From Clostridia bacterium (GTDB taxonomy: Bacteria > Bacillota > Clostridia > Christensenellales > QALW01): 64,000 nucleotides of DNA. The notes beneath the pieces were generated by a model, which worked only from the letters and a program-made list of their open reading frames with translations, was not told the origin of the DNA and did not search any database. Location of the stretch: positions 6,649 through 70,648 of the forward strand of contig JAZNXV010000008.1 in NCBI GenBank assembly GCA_045594045.1, written 5' to 3'. The position numbers and the translations under genes were made by a program. Shown in pieces: positions 35,400 to 44,955 of the stretch (positions are counted from its first letter, which is position 1; the number at the start of each line of letters is the position of its first letter).

Positions 35400-37763
35400 A
35401 TGTATAGAAAATATTTACCCACAATAATAACCGTATCGGTTTTAATATTAGCACTTGTCGCAACGGCAATTTTCTTGCCTTGGGATAGGTTTGCCGCGCC
35501 TGATGATGTCAACGGTCTGTTTAAGGACGATCCGCAGGATGCTGTTTACACAGCAGGCTTGCTTCTGTATGGCGCAAGCAAAGCTCCTTACGCTAAAGGC
35601 GACGTGGTTTTCGACAGTAGCTTTAACGGCACATTTAGGTACAAGCATTACGGTGCTGAAGGTACGCCTGAAGAAATTTCCAAGGGCTTTGATGCTTCTT
35701 CTTGGAAGAGCATAGAAAAAGGACAGGTTATATCGGGCACGGATTGCCGCAATATTACCGTTGTTTCCACCGATAATAAGGGAATTGTTTTAACGTATGC
35801 AAAATTCGATTTCGTTCCAGGTGTCATTTACGGCTACAGCAATCCCGACCAATATGACGATCCCGTTTTTTATAATGCAAAGAATCCTTCTTTAGAGGAT
35901 CCTCGCGCTGTAAAGCTTGCGTCTTCGTTGTTTAAAACTGCCGATACAAGCTATTACGGCAAGGATTACGGTAGTATAATTCAGGGCTTTTTAACAAAGC
36001 AGTCCTCTATGGCAGGCATATTGGAAGGGTATTATCATACCGGTACTGATTTTAATACCCAGGAAGGCAGACCCTTTTATTCGCCGATTTCGGGCAAAAT
36101 CATAAACGTTGATGTTTTTGGCGGATACAACACAATAGCGATTTATTGTCAAGAAAAAAACGTAACGCTGCTCATTTTGCACGGGCAGAACGTTGATGCG
36201 GCGTTGAACTGCTTTAAAGCCGACGGTAACGTTGAAAAAGGTGACCTTTTAGGCTATGGCGGTAGCGCAGGCAACCCTGCGGGCGATACTAATTTGCACG
36301 TTGAATTGCGCAACGGCAAATGTTATGGCTATAAGAGCTTTTCAAAGGACGCGGCATATACTCGCAAAACAAATTACGATCCGCTTGTGCTTGCGGATAT
36401 GTTCGATTTAATTACGCCCCAGACCAACGAGCACGAAGAGTTCACTCTTTTGGGAACAAGTGCCTTTAATGCACAGAACAACTGTATAGCAATTCAGGTT
36501 GGTAATTGGCTTTATTATATTGACCGCATTAACGGTCACAACATTTTCAAAGCACGCCCTGACGGAAGCGACGTAACGCTTCTGTCCACTGACCGCGCCG
36601 CAAACTTAAATTATGCTGACGGCTGGCTTTATTACAGCGATATTTCGGAAGAAGGGCACTTAACAAAGGTTTCATGCAGCGGTGGTGAGCCTGTAAAAAT
36701 TACCGAAGTCGATACGAGCAGCTACGTGCTTTTGGTTGACGATTGGATTTATTTTACAAACACGCTCAGCAAAAATAATTTGTTTAAAATCAGGCTTGAC
36801 GGCACCGAACGAGAGGCTGTTTTAGTAAGAGATATTTCTCACTTGTTCTATTTTGAACGCGGCTTCTATTATACCCAAGATGCCCGTGTAAACGCTGAAC
36901 GACCTCATTATTTCAGCATAGATACACAGAAATCGACTCAAGCAATAAACGTTCGCGCCGACAGACCTTTTGTACTTGAAGGTTTGCTTTGCTATCGCAG
37001 ATATTACAGCGATAAAAATTGCATCGGCGTTCCATTGGGAAGCTCTGATGAAAATGCGGCAAAGCAGATTATACCAAACGCGTACAATCATGTTCAAGAA
37101 GGCTTTAGATATCTTGTTTTCACAAACGAAAGCGATGCAAATTCATTGTACGTAAAGCTTCACACCCAAGAAAATGCAGTAAAGCTTTCGGACGATATCG
37201 TTTGCAGTGAGCTTACCATGGCGGGCGGTTGGCTGTATTATTATACAGTAACCGATCAAGGTAACACTCTTGCCCGTATAAACGTTGAAGCCCTGGAACA
37301 GCAAAGGTTGACTGCTGAAGGCTGGGTTTCTGTTAAACTGATGCACGCACCGTATCTTGATTTAATGTTGCTTGCTAACAGAACGGGAAGTATGTATATT
37401 GAACCGACACCCACTCCCGAGGGAATGACACCCACACCTGACGGAATGACATCCACTCCTGACGGAGTAACACCCACTCCTGACGGGGCAACACCTACGC
37501 CTGACGGGGCAACACCTACACCCGACGGAGAAACACCTAAACCTGACGGGGCAACACCTACACCCGACGGAGTAACACCTACGCCCGACGGAGTAACACC
37601 TACGCCTGACGGAGAAACACCTACGCCCGACGGAGTAACACCTACACCCGACGGAGTAACACCTACGCCTGACGGAGAAACACCTACACCTGACGAAGAA
37701 ACACCTGCACCCGACGGAGTAACACCTACACCTGACGAAGAAACACCTACGCCTTCGGCATAA
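35400..37763 (+). CDS. Membrane-anchored M23 (LytM-type) peptidase-domain protein with DUF5050-like repeats and a Pro/Thr-rich C-terminal repeat tail
   Basis: N-terminal TM helix; M23 core YHTGTDF...GYGGSAGNPAGDTNLHVELR; repeated WLYY / WIYF motifs; 17 x TPTPDGx tail. Confidence 0.8.
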   Translation: MYRKYLPTIITVSVLILALVATAIFLPWDRFAAPDDVNGLFKDDPQDAVYTAGLLLYGASKAPYAKGDVVFDSSFNGTFRYKHYGAEGTPEEISKGFDASSWKSIEKGQVISGTDCRNITVVSTDNKGIVLTYAKFDFVPGVIYGYSNPDQYDDPVFYNAKNPSLEDPRAVKLASSLFKTADTSYYGKDYGSIIQGFLTKQSSMAGILEGYYHTGTDFNTQEGRPFYSPISGKIINVDVFGGYNTIAIYCQEKNVTLLILHGQNVDAALNCFKADGNVEKGDLLGYGGSAGNPAGDTNLHVELRNGKCYGYKSFSKDAAYTRKTNYDPLVLADMFDLITPQTNEHEEFTLLGTSAFNAQNNCIAIQVGNWLYYIDRINGHNIFKARPDGSDVTLLSTDRAANLNYADGWLYYSDISEEGHLTKVSCSGGEPVKITEVDTSSYVLLVDDWIYFTNTLSKNNLFKIRLDGTEREAVLVRDISHLFYFERGFYYTQDARVNAERPHYFSIDTQKSTQAINVRADRPFVLEGLLCYRRYYSDKNCIGVPLGSSDENAAKQIIPNAYNHVQEGFRYLVFTNESDANSLYVKLHTQENAVKLSDDIVCSELTMAGGWLYYYTVTDQGNTLARINVEALEQQRLTAEGWVSVKLMHAPYLDLMLLANRTGSMYIEPTPTPEGMTPTPDGMTSTPDGVTPTPDGATPTPDGATPTPDGETPKPDGATPTPDGVTPTPDGVTPTPDGETPTPDGVTPTPDGVTPTPDGETPTPDEETPAPDGVTPTPDEETPTPSA
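37404..37760 (+). repeat. 17 tandem 21-bp coding repeats (TPTPDG[VAEM])
   Basis: ACACCTAC(G/A)CC(T/C)GACGGAG(T/A/C)A units, in frame within the M23/DUF5050 gene. Confidence 0.9.
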
Positions 37764-37889
37764 GCCATAGTAACTGTACTGATAGCGCAAATGTACAAAA
37801 AAGCGTTAAGCTTTAATATTGCAAGCTGTTTCAAAAAAAGGCTTGGTATGGTTGCAGTTTTTGTAACGTTTGTTTTTAAGGAGATTTTT

Positions 37890-38582
37890 ATGGGAATACA
37901 TGACGGCCATCGAAAAAACTTAAGACACGATTTCTTGGCCGTTGGTCTTGAAGGCAAGCAGGAGCATCAGGCATTAGAACTTTTGCTTACATATACAATT
38001 CCGAGAATAGACGTTAATCCTATTGCTCACGAGCTTATTGACCGCTTCGGTTCTATTGCGGGAGTATTTGATGCAGAGGTTGAACAGCTTACTTCAGTTA
38101 AATATATAAGTGAAAACACAGCGGTGCTTATAAAGCTTATTCCACAGCTTAACAGAATGTATGAGAAAAGCAAGTGGGGCAAAAAGATTTCTCTTAAAAA
38201 TGCTGCGGCGGTAAGGGACTATATGATGCCCAAATTTATTGGCGAAAAGAATGAAAATTTTTATATGCTTGCTTTGGACACTCATTTGAATTTAATAAAA
38301 GAAATTAAGCTGTCCGAGGGTAGCAGTGATTTTGCAAACGTTGATATTCGTTATTTAACAAAGGAAGTTTTGTGCTTAAACGCACCGCAAATTCTGCTTG
38401 TACATAATCACCCAAGCGGCTCTGTTTTACCGTCTATGGATGATATTGTAACTACCAACAAAATCAAAAGCACCATGGATTCTCTTAATATTATTTTAAG
38501 CGACCATTTGATATTTGCAGGAAACGACGTATTCAGCTTTGCATCAAAAGGAATGCTTGCCAACGATGCTGTCAACAAATAA
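37890..38582 (+). CDS. radC: RadC-like JAB/MPN domain protein
   Basis: ORF trimmed to ATG 37890 after AAGGAG; HhH-like N-domain; JAMM motif HNHPSGSVLPSMDD. Confidence 0.85.
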   Translation: MGIHDGHRKNLRHDFLAVGLEGKQEHQALELLLTYTIPRIDVNPIAHELIDRFGSIAGVFDAEVEQLTSVKYISENTAVLIKLIPQLNRMYEKSKWGKKISLKNAAAVRDYMMPKFIGEKNENFYMLALDTHLNLIKEIKLSEGSSDFANVDIRYLTKEVLCLNAPQILLVHNHPSGSVLPSMDDIVTTNKIKSTMDSLNIILSDHLIFAGNDVFSFASKGMLANDAVNK

Positions 38583-38625
38583 AGCAGAATTTAAGCATAA
38601 TTTGATAACAAAATAAAAAAAGTGC

Positions 38626-38654
38626 TTGACAGAATTAATTTTATAAAATATAAT
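38626..38654 (+). promoter_or_regulatory. Perfect-consensus sigma-A promoter of tRNA-Leu(AAG)
   Basis: TTGACA, 17-nt spacer, TATAAT. Confidence 0.7.
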
Positions 38655-38672
38655 TAACGGCGTCAATGAGTT

Positions 38673-38757
38673 GCGAGTGTGCTGGAATTGGCAGACAGGC
38701 ATGACTAAGGATCATGTGTCAACAGACGTAAGGGTTCAAGTCCCTTCATTCGCACCA
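38673..38757 (+). tRNA. tRNA-Leu with anticodon AAG (class II)
   Basis: Acceptor GCGAGTG/CATTCGC (one G-U pair), anticodon arm CATGA-CTAAGGA-TCATG (positions 34-36 = AAG), long variable arm, T-arm AAGGG-TTCAAGT-CCCTT, encoded CCA. Confidence 0.85.
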
Positions 38758-38760
38758 ATA

Positions 38761-38797
38761 AAGAAGAAGCAGAAACTGCTTCTTTTTTTGTTTTTGG
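38761..38797 (+). terminator. Rho-independent terminator
   Basis: AGAAGCAG-AAA-CTGCTTCT hairpin followed by TTTTTTGTTTTT. Confidence 0.8.
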
Positions 38798-38925
38798 GAA
38801 AACAGAACACTTAAAAACTCAAAAAGCTTTTTTCACTTGATATTCTTTGGTTTTTATGTTAAAATAGGCAGTCGAAAAGGACTGCCTATTTTGCTTTATT
38901 TTATTTCCGCTTTTAAGGGAGCTTT

Positions 38926-40170
38926 ATGAATCTGAATTTTAAACGAACGAAATACGCATGCTATTATACCTATCTTGCAATGACGTCAATTTTCTCTTTG
39001 CCGCCGCTTTTATTCGGTGCGTTTAGAGAGCTTTACGGTATTTCATATACTCTTTTAGGTACACTTGTTCTTATCAACTTTTGTACCCAGCTTGCTGTTG
39101 ATTTAGTTTTTTCGTTTTTCACAAAATATTTTAACGTGCAAAAAACAGTAAGAATTATGCCTATTATAACCACCGTCGGAATGCTGTTGTACGCTTTTGC
39201 GCCTGTGCTTTTTTCGCAAAACGTATTTTTAGGTATTGCTATTGGCACGGTGGTAATTTCAATTTCTTCAGGACTTTGCGAGGTGCTTGTCAGCCCCATA
39301 GTTGCGGCATTACCTTCGGACAATCCAAAGCGGGATATGAGTACTCTGCACTCTTTATACGCATACGGTTGTGTACTGTTTGTGCTTTTAAGCTCACTTT
39401 TTATTGAATTCGTGGGTAAGGAATATTGGAGCGTGCTCACCGTTGCCTATTCTGTACTGCCCATTACCGCATCAATATTTTTATGTCTTTCTCCAATCCC
39501 TCAAATGAACGTTGATAATGCTTCCGGCGGCAAAAAGAGCGGCTTTTCCTTTGCCTTGCTTATGTGTGTAGTCTGTATTTTCTTTGGCGGCGCAACGGAA
39601 TGTACAATGTCAAGCTGGGTTTCCGTTTATATCGAAAATGCACTGGGTCTGCCTAAATTCTGGGGCGACTTGTTAGGCGCGATGCTCTTTGGCGCGTTGC
39701 TTGGCGCAGGCAGAACCTTGTACGGAAAATACGGTAAAAACATTTCATCTGTATTGCTGGTAGGTATGATTTGCTCCTTCGCCTGCTATATTTTAGCGGC
39801 GCTTTCCTCAAGTGCTGTGGTTTCGGTTATCGCATGTGTGCTTGTGGGCTTGTGCGCATCAATGCTTTGGCCCGGTTCGCTTTTATTGATGGAAGAAAAC
39901 CTTTCCGTAGGCGTTGCTGCGTATGCACTAATGGCTGCAGGGGGCGATTTCGGTGCTTCTGTAGGGCCACAGCTTGTGGGCGCTGTCAGCGATAGCATTG
40001 CTCTTTCTCCTTGGGCGAGTGAGGTTGCTTTAAGCTTGGGGCTTTCGCCCGAACAGCTTGGGTTAAAAGCAGGTATGCTGGTTTTGGCGGCATTTCCCGT
40101 TATGGGTGCACTTATTGTGCTTGGAATTAAACGCACGTTCAAAAAGACCGACAAAAAGGTTAAATTTTAA
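38926..40170 (+). CDS. MFS transporter
   Basis: 414 aa, about 12 hydrophobic helices in a 6+6 arrangement. Confidence 0.65.
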   Translation: MNLNFKRTKYACYYTYLAMTSIFSLPPLLFGAFRELYGISYTLLGTLVLINFCTQLAVDLVFSFFTKYFNVQKTVRIMPIITTVGMLLYAFAPVLFSQNVFLGIAIGTVVISISSGLCEVLVSPIVAALPSDNPKRDMSTLHSLYAYGCVLFVLLSSLFIEFVGKEYWSVLTVAYSVLPITASIFLCLSPIPQMNVDNASGGKKSGFSFALLMCVVCIFFGGATECTMSSWVSVYIENALGLPKFWGDLLGAMLFGALLGAGRTLYGKYGKNISSVLLVGMICSFACYILAALSSSAVVSVIACVLVGLCASMLWPGSLLLMEENLSVGVAAYALMAAGGDFGASVGPQLVGAVSDSIALSPWASEVALSLGLSPEQLGLKAGMLVLAAFPVMGALIVLGIKRTFKKTDKKVKF

Positions 40171-40263
40171 CAAATATGCAAAAACAGACTGCTTAAATGT
40201 CGATTATGGGATATAATAAAAGCAATCTGAAAGCAAGACAGAAAAATTACTAAGGGTGATAAA

Positions 40264-41055
40264 ATGCTTATTGATTTTCATACACACTGTTTTCCCGAAA
40301 AAATAGCAGAAGGTGCTATAAAAAAGCTTTCCTGCGCTTCGGGCGGGCTTGTTAATTATACCGACGGTACTGTAGGGGGCTTAAAAAGCTCCATGAAAAA
40401 GCATAACGTCGATTATTCCGTTGTGCTTAATATTGCAACGAATGCACATCAGCAAAAAAGCGTCAACGATTTTGCTTCTTCCGTTAACGGCAAGGACGGA
40501 ATTATCAGCTTTGGTTCGGTTTATCCCCACAGCGACGATGCTCTTGAACAGCTTGAATATATCAAGTCCTTGGGGCTCAAGGGCGTTAAGCTTCATCCTG
40601 ATTATCAGGGCTTTAGGGTTGACGACGAAAAAATGAAGCCCATATACCGTAAAATTTCACAGCTTGGCTTAATTACCGTTTTTCACGCCGGCTTTGATTA
40701 CGGCTTTCCGCCGCCTTACGGTTGTATGCCAAAAAATCTTGCAAGAGCGCTGGAATGGTTTGACACTCCCGTGGTTGCGGCACATTGGGGCGGCAATAGC
40801 TGTGGACAAGAGGTGCTTGACTGTCTGTGCGGCAAAAACGTGTATTTCGATACGTCCTTTGGCTATGGAAATATTCCTCGCTATTTTGCGGAAAAAATTA
40901 TCGAAAAACATTCGGCAGATAAAATTCTCTTTGGAACGGACACCCCTTGGCATACGCCTGAACAGGAGCTTCGTTTAATAGGCACTTTAGGGCTTAATCA
41001 AGAGGAGTTTGATAAAATAACTCACAAAAATGCCAAAGCCCTGCTTGGTCTTTAA
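40264..41055 (+). CDS. Amidohydrolase-2 family (TIM-barrel metal-dependent hydrolase)
   Basis: N-terminal IDFHTH metal motif; 263 aa; later His/Asp ligands (HPDYQ, FGTDTPW). Confidence 0.7.
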   Translation: MLIDFHTHCFPEKIAEGAIKKLSCASGGLVNYTDGTVGGLKSSMKKHNVDYSVVLNIATNAHQQKSVNDFASSVNGKDGIISFGSVYPHSDDALEQLEYIKSLGLKGVKLHPDYQGFRVDDEKMKPIYRKISQLGLITVFHAGFDYGFPPPYGCMPKNLARALEWFDTPVVAAHWGGNSCGQEVLDCLCGKNVYFDTSFGYGNIPRYFAEKIIEKHSADKILFGTDTPWHTPEQELRLIGTLGLNQEEFDKITHKNAKALLGL

Positions 41056-41107
41056 TAATAAATAGTGCTTAGAGCTTCTTTCGTGGAATTGCTATAAACA
41101 AATACAA

Positions 41108-41158
41108 AAAGGAACGGCTTTAACGCATAATGCGTTAAATACGTTCCTTTGTTTTTTG
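41108..41158. terminator. Terminator between convergent genes
   Basis: AAAGGAACG..CGTTCCTTT outer stem with inner TTAACGCAT/ATGCGTTAA stem, followed by a T-run. Confidence 0.7.
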
Positions 41159-41192
41159 CTTTAACCAAAGCATTGTAATACGAAATTAAGGT

Positions 41193-42548
41193 TTAACGGA
41201 TAGTGACAGAATTTTTTCTTTCAAAAATTTTGTTGCCCATTACGGCTAAAATGATTCCTGCTAAAACGGAAACGAACAGCGAGGTTGCAGGGGTGTTAAG
41301 CCATAGACCGTTTAAGCCCAAGGGCAAAAGGGCAAAAATGAACAATACGGGGAAGATGAATGCGTTGCCAACCGAAAGAAGCGTTGCGGGAAACGGCTTG
41401 TCAAGGGCAATTAAGAAGCTTTGTATTGCAAAGCCGAACCATCTTGTAAAATACGCAAGGCTGAACAGCCGTAGAGCAAAAACAGCTTGTGTGTGCGCTT
41501 CGGGCGAACCGCTTGGCAGAAATAATCCGACGATTGCATCTGTAAACAGCAGCATAATAACAGCACCTATTGCCGATATAATTGCGCCCATCGCCAAACA
41601 GCATTTTTCTATTGCTTTAACGCGCTTTATTTCCCCTGCACCGAAGTTGTACCCTATTGCAGGCTGAAGGGAATCACAAACACCGTACAGCATAGGCTGA
41701 ATAATATCGCCTGCATACATTAAAATGCCATAAGTTCCTACGGCACCCGGACCGCCTAAACGCAAAAGCATAACGTTCATTAAAATCGCCGTTGCCCTTG
41801 AAGCAACGTTGCTTAAAAATATGGGGCTTCCGCTAGATACAATCTGCATTATAAGCTTAAAAGAAAATTTTGGCTTTACAAAGCGTAACTGCAGACGACC
41901 GCGCAAAAAGGGATACAGCGCTACTATGGTGCATGCCACCATGCTCAAGGAAACGCCAATGGCGGCACCGAGAACACCGAGCTTAAGCACGTTTAAAAAT
42001 ACAAATAGAAATACAACTGAAAGCAGCGACATAACAACGTTTAAAATCATACTGCCTTTAATCTTGCCGCATATACGTAAAAAGTTATCTATTGCAAAAG
42101 CGGCGGTGCTTATGGGCGAAAATAAGGCGTAGCCCCGTATATAATTTGTTGCAAGGCGAGCCAAATCACCCTCCGCCCCCATTAAAGCAGAAAAAAACGG
42201 TGCGGTTACGTACAAAATAATGCCCATAAGCGTGCCTGTTACCACAAGCAATATGCACGCACAGGTGAAATAATTGTTTGCTTCTCGCACTTCCTTTTTG
42301 CCCAGTGCAATGGAAATAGGCACTGCCGAACCTACACCGATTAAATCGGCAAGGCAAAAATTAATAAAAACTATAGGCAAACCTAAATTTATGGCGGCAA
42401 AGGCTAATTCTCCTGCGTATTGAGAAACAAAAATACCCTCAAATAAACCCCATAGAGAAGAAGCAAGCATACTTATTATTCCCGGTATACCGGCAATAAA
42501 AAACAGTTTTAGGGGTGAAGTTTTAACGTATAAATTGTAGCTGTCCAT
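41193..42548 (-). CDS. MATE family efflux transporter
   Basis: ORF trimmed to MDSYNLY; about 12 TM helices; typical MATE N-terminus (PLKLFFIAGIPGIISML). Confidence 0.8.
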   Translation of the reverse strand: MDSYNLYVKTSPLKLFFIAGIPGIISMLASSLWGLFEGIFVSQYAGELAFAAINLGLPIVFINFCLADLIGVGSAVPISIALGKKEVREANNYFTCACILLVVTGTLMGIILYVTAPFFSALMGAEGDLARLATNYIRGYALFSPISTAAFAIDNFLRICGKIKGSMILNVVMSLLSVVFLFVFLNVLKLGVLGAAIGVSLSMVACTIVALYPFLRGRLQLRFVKPKFSFKLIMQIVSSGSPIFLSNVASRATAILMNVMLLRLGGPGAVGTYGILMYAGDIIQPMLYGVCDSLQPAIGYNFGAGEIKRVKAIEKCCLAMGAIISAIGAVIMLLFTDAIVGLFLPSGSPEAHTQAVFALRLFSLAYFTRWFGFAIQSFLIALDKPFPATLLSVGNAFIFPVLFIFALLPLGLNGLWLNTPATSLFVSVLAGIILAVMGNKIFERKNSVTIR

Positions 42549-42847
42549 AAAAATCTTTCTTCTTTTAAAATATGCTTCGTTTAGTATAGCCTTGTTTATT
42601 CTTTTTGTCAACAAAGGAACATTATGGGTAAATATAACCGATAAAAATTCAAGCGTAAGCTTATATTAGGAGCAGGTAAAAATAAAAATGTCAGAAAGAT
42701 TTTGCCTGCCTAAAATTTATTATAAAAGTATTTAAAATTTTTACAATTTATTGTAGAAATAGGGTATTGACTGCAAGAGGCTTTTTTGATAGAATTATAT
42801 GTTGTAAATTATTTATATAACGAACGTTTGTTTCGTGCGGAGAGAAA

Positions 42848-43738
42848 ATGGATAATTATATTTTATTGGCAATATCAATTTTTGTTGCTCTTTTAAGCGG
42901 TATAATTAAAAAGGCGGTAAGTGTTAGGTTTACGGATTCCAGCTTAATGGCGCAAGTGTTCAACGGCGTTGTTTGCATAGTAAGTGCTATTGCTCTTCTT
43001 ATGTTAGGCGGACTGCCTCAAATATCGTGGTTCACCTTGATTCTTGGCATTTTGTTTGGCGTTGTTACTGCGCTTCAGCAGGTATTCTCCTTGAAGGCTA
43101 TTGAGGTAGGCCCCTTTGCATATACAAGCGTTATTACGTCACTGTCAATGATTATTCCTACCTTTTCAGGAGTGCTTTTCTGGGGTGAAAAGCTTGAAAC
43201 AAAACAAATCATCGGTGTTTTGTTCATTGTTGCTTGCTTGGTTTGCTCTGTCGATTTAGGCGGTCAGGACCAGGCACATAAAAAGGCTTCTATAAAATGG
43301 ATGTTGTTTACGGGTCTAACCTTTATCTGCACCGGTTTAATCGGCGTAATGCAGAAGGTGCATCAAACAAGTGCCTTTAAGGCAGAGCTTGACGGCTTCT
43401 TAATTATTGCCTTTGCATTTTCCTTTGTATATTCCCTTGTGAATATTTTAATTTCCTTCTTTAAAAATAAAGAGCACACAACTACTGTATTTAAAACCGA
43501 TATAAAGCCCCTTGTTGTTTTAGGGCTTGTAGTTATCGGTGGCTGCGTTGCCGCAAACAACAAGTTGAACCTTTTCCTTTCGGGCGTGCTTCCGTCAGCC
43601 GTTTTCTATCCCCTTGTAAACATCGGTGGCGTTGTGCTTTTAACAATAGCCTCAATGCTTATCTTTAAGGAACGCTTAAGCGTTAGAAAATGGATTGGCT
43701 TTGCTTGCGGTATTACGGCAATTCTTTTCCTTATATAA
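42848..43738 (+). CDS. DMT/EamA-like permease
   Basis: 296 aa, about 10 TM helices as a 5+5 duplication. Confidence 0.55.
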   Translation: MDNYILLAISIFVALLSGIIKKAVSVRFTDSSLMAQVFNGVVCIVSAIALLMLGGLPQISWFTLILGILFGVVTALQQVFSLKAIEVGPFAYTSVITSLSMIIPTFSGVLFWGEKLETKQIIGVLFIVACLVCSVDLGGQDQAHKKASIKWMLFTGLTFICTGLIGVMQKVHQTSAFKAELDGFLIIAFAFSFVYSLVNILISFFKNKEHTTTVFKTDIKPLVVLGLVVIGGCVAANNKLNLFLSGVLPSAVFYPLVNIGGVVLLTIASMLIFKERLSVRKWIGFACGITAILFLI

Positions 43739-43773
43739 TAGGGAATTTGCTTGCTAATTAAAAGAATTAAATT

Positions 43774-43806
43774 AAGGCGTTTGCTTTTTAGCAAACGCCT
43801 TTTTAC
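43774..43806 (+). terminator. Rho-independent terminator
   Basis: AAGGCGTTTGC-TTTTTA-GCAAACGCCTT hairpin followed by TTTT. Confidence 0.8.
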
Positions 43807-43996
43807 TTAAGTTTAAAACAGTAGTTATTTTATATGCGTTTTTTGGTGGAAAGTACAGTGTTAAAAAAGCGGAGTCAGTTTACGCATATTTTAAAAATGT
43901 TTTAGAGCATATGTTTTATATCATATGTTGAATTATATCATATAACATATCTTTAAGGGCAATACATTGAATTGAAACACGCTTTAAAACGGTCTG

Positions 43997-44749
43997 TTAT
44001 CCAAGTAAAACGTCAGAGATAAGCATTAGGCAAAAGCCCACAAGAAGAGCATAGGTTGCGCCTCGCTGACTGCCGTGAGAATGTGTTTCGGGTATCATTT
44101 CGTCGCTTATAACGTAAAGCATTGTACCACCTGCAAAGGCAAGGGCAAAGGGCAATATTGCCGCCGAAATGCTTACTGCAAAATATCCGATAAACGTACC
44201 TATAACTTCTATTAACCCCGTTGCAAGAGCGCATACAAAGGTGCGCCTTGCACTTACACCTGAGGCAAGGAGAGGTCCGATTATAACCATGCCCTCGGGA
44301 ATATTCTGAAGGGCTATACCGCCTGCTATAAGCAGAGCCTGATTAGTGTTGCCCGAGCCGAAGCCAACGCCTGCGGCAATACCTTCGGGTAAGTTGTGAA
44401 TTGCAATAGCCATTACAAAAAGCAAAACCTTATCAAGATTTGCGTTGTTATGGGTTTCAGTATCGGGACCCATAAGCTTGTGAAGGTGCGGCGTAACCTT
44501 ATCAATAACATTAAGGCATAAAGCGCCTGCAAAAATACCGGCTACGGTTATTAAAATATTAAAATCTCCACCGTATTCAAGGGAAGGAAGTATCAAACCA
44601 AGTACTGCGGCGGCAAGCATAACGCCTGCGGCAAATGATAAAACTATATCCGAAAATTTATGGGATATCTTTTTAAATGCAAAGCCTATACAGGAGCCTA
44701 TTACAGTTGCTCCGCCAACGCCAAGGGCAGTAAGTAAAACAAGTTCCAT
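43997..44749 (-). CDS. ZIP family metal (zinc) transporter
   Basis: 250 aa; HNLPEGIA and QNIPEG motifs typical of ZupT-like ZIP proteins. Confidence 0.8.
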   Translation of the reverse strand: MELVLLTALGVGGATVIGSCIGFAFKKISHKFSDIVLSFAAGVMLAAAVLGLILPSLEYGGDFNILITVAGIFAGALCLNVIDKVTPHLHKLMGPDTETHNNANLDKVLLFVMAIAIHNLPEGIAAGVGFGSGNTNQALLIAGGIALQNIPEGMVIIGPLLASGVSARRTFVCALATGLIEVIGTFIGYFAVSISAAILPFALAFAGGTMLYVISDEMIPETHSHGSQRGATYALLVGFCLMLISDVLLG

Positions 44750-44892
44750 TTAAAACTCCTAAAATTTTTATAAAAATAATAACAAATAACAGAAAAAATC
44801 GCAAAAATACAAGCAAAAAGCGTAAAAAACGCGAACGCAGTAAAATTAAGAAAAATGTAAGGATTGAAACGCAAGTATTAAAGCACAAGGAT

Positions 44893-44926
44893 AAAAGCAA
44901 AGCTCCCTAATGTAAGGGAGCTTTTA
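44893..44926 (-). terminator. Terminator after rubredoxin
   Basis: AGCTCCCT..AGGGAGCT hairpin with flanking A/T runs. Confidence 0.6.
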
Positions 44927-44955
44927 AAAAAGGAATTATCCTTCGTTGCCTTTGA

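Noticed and set aside
37404-37760. Possible CRISPR array (regular short repeats)
   Set aside because: The units are contiguous 21-bp repeats with no spacers. They are in frame inside a protein gene, and no cas genes are present.
37256-37957. 233-aa and 142-aa minus-strand ORFs rich in GVG/SGV or RCR repeats
   Set aside because: They lie antisense to the 17 x 21-bp TPTPDG coding repeat. A stop-free reverse frame is a by-product of the repeat. They have no RBS and overlap a well-supported gene.
32283-38757. Integrated prophage or ICE at the tRNA cluster
   Set aside because: There are no integrase, recombinase, phage structural or conjugation genes, and I found no direct repeat of a tRNA 3' end.
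41203-41667. 154-aa plus-strand ORF
   Set aside because: It is antisense within the MATE transporter gene.
43880-43960. Zur/Fur-type operator in the CATATGTT / ATATCATAT-rich stretch near the ZIP transporter gene
   Set aside because: The stretch lies downstream of both convergent genes, not in the ZIP promoter region. It does not match a Zur box. It is probably AT-rich spacer.
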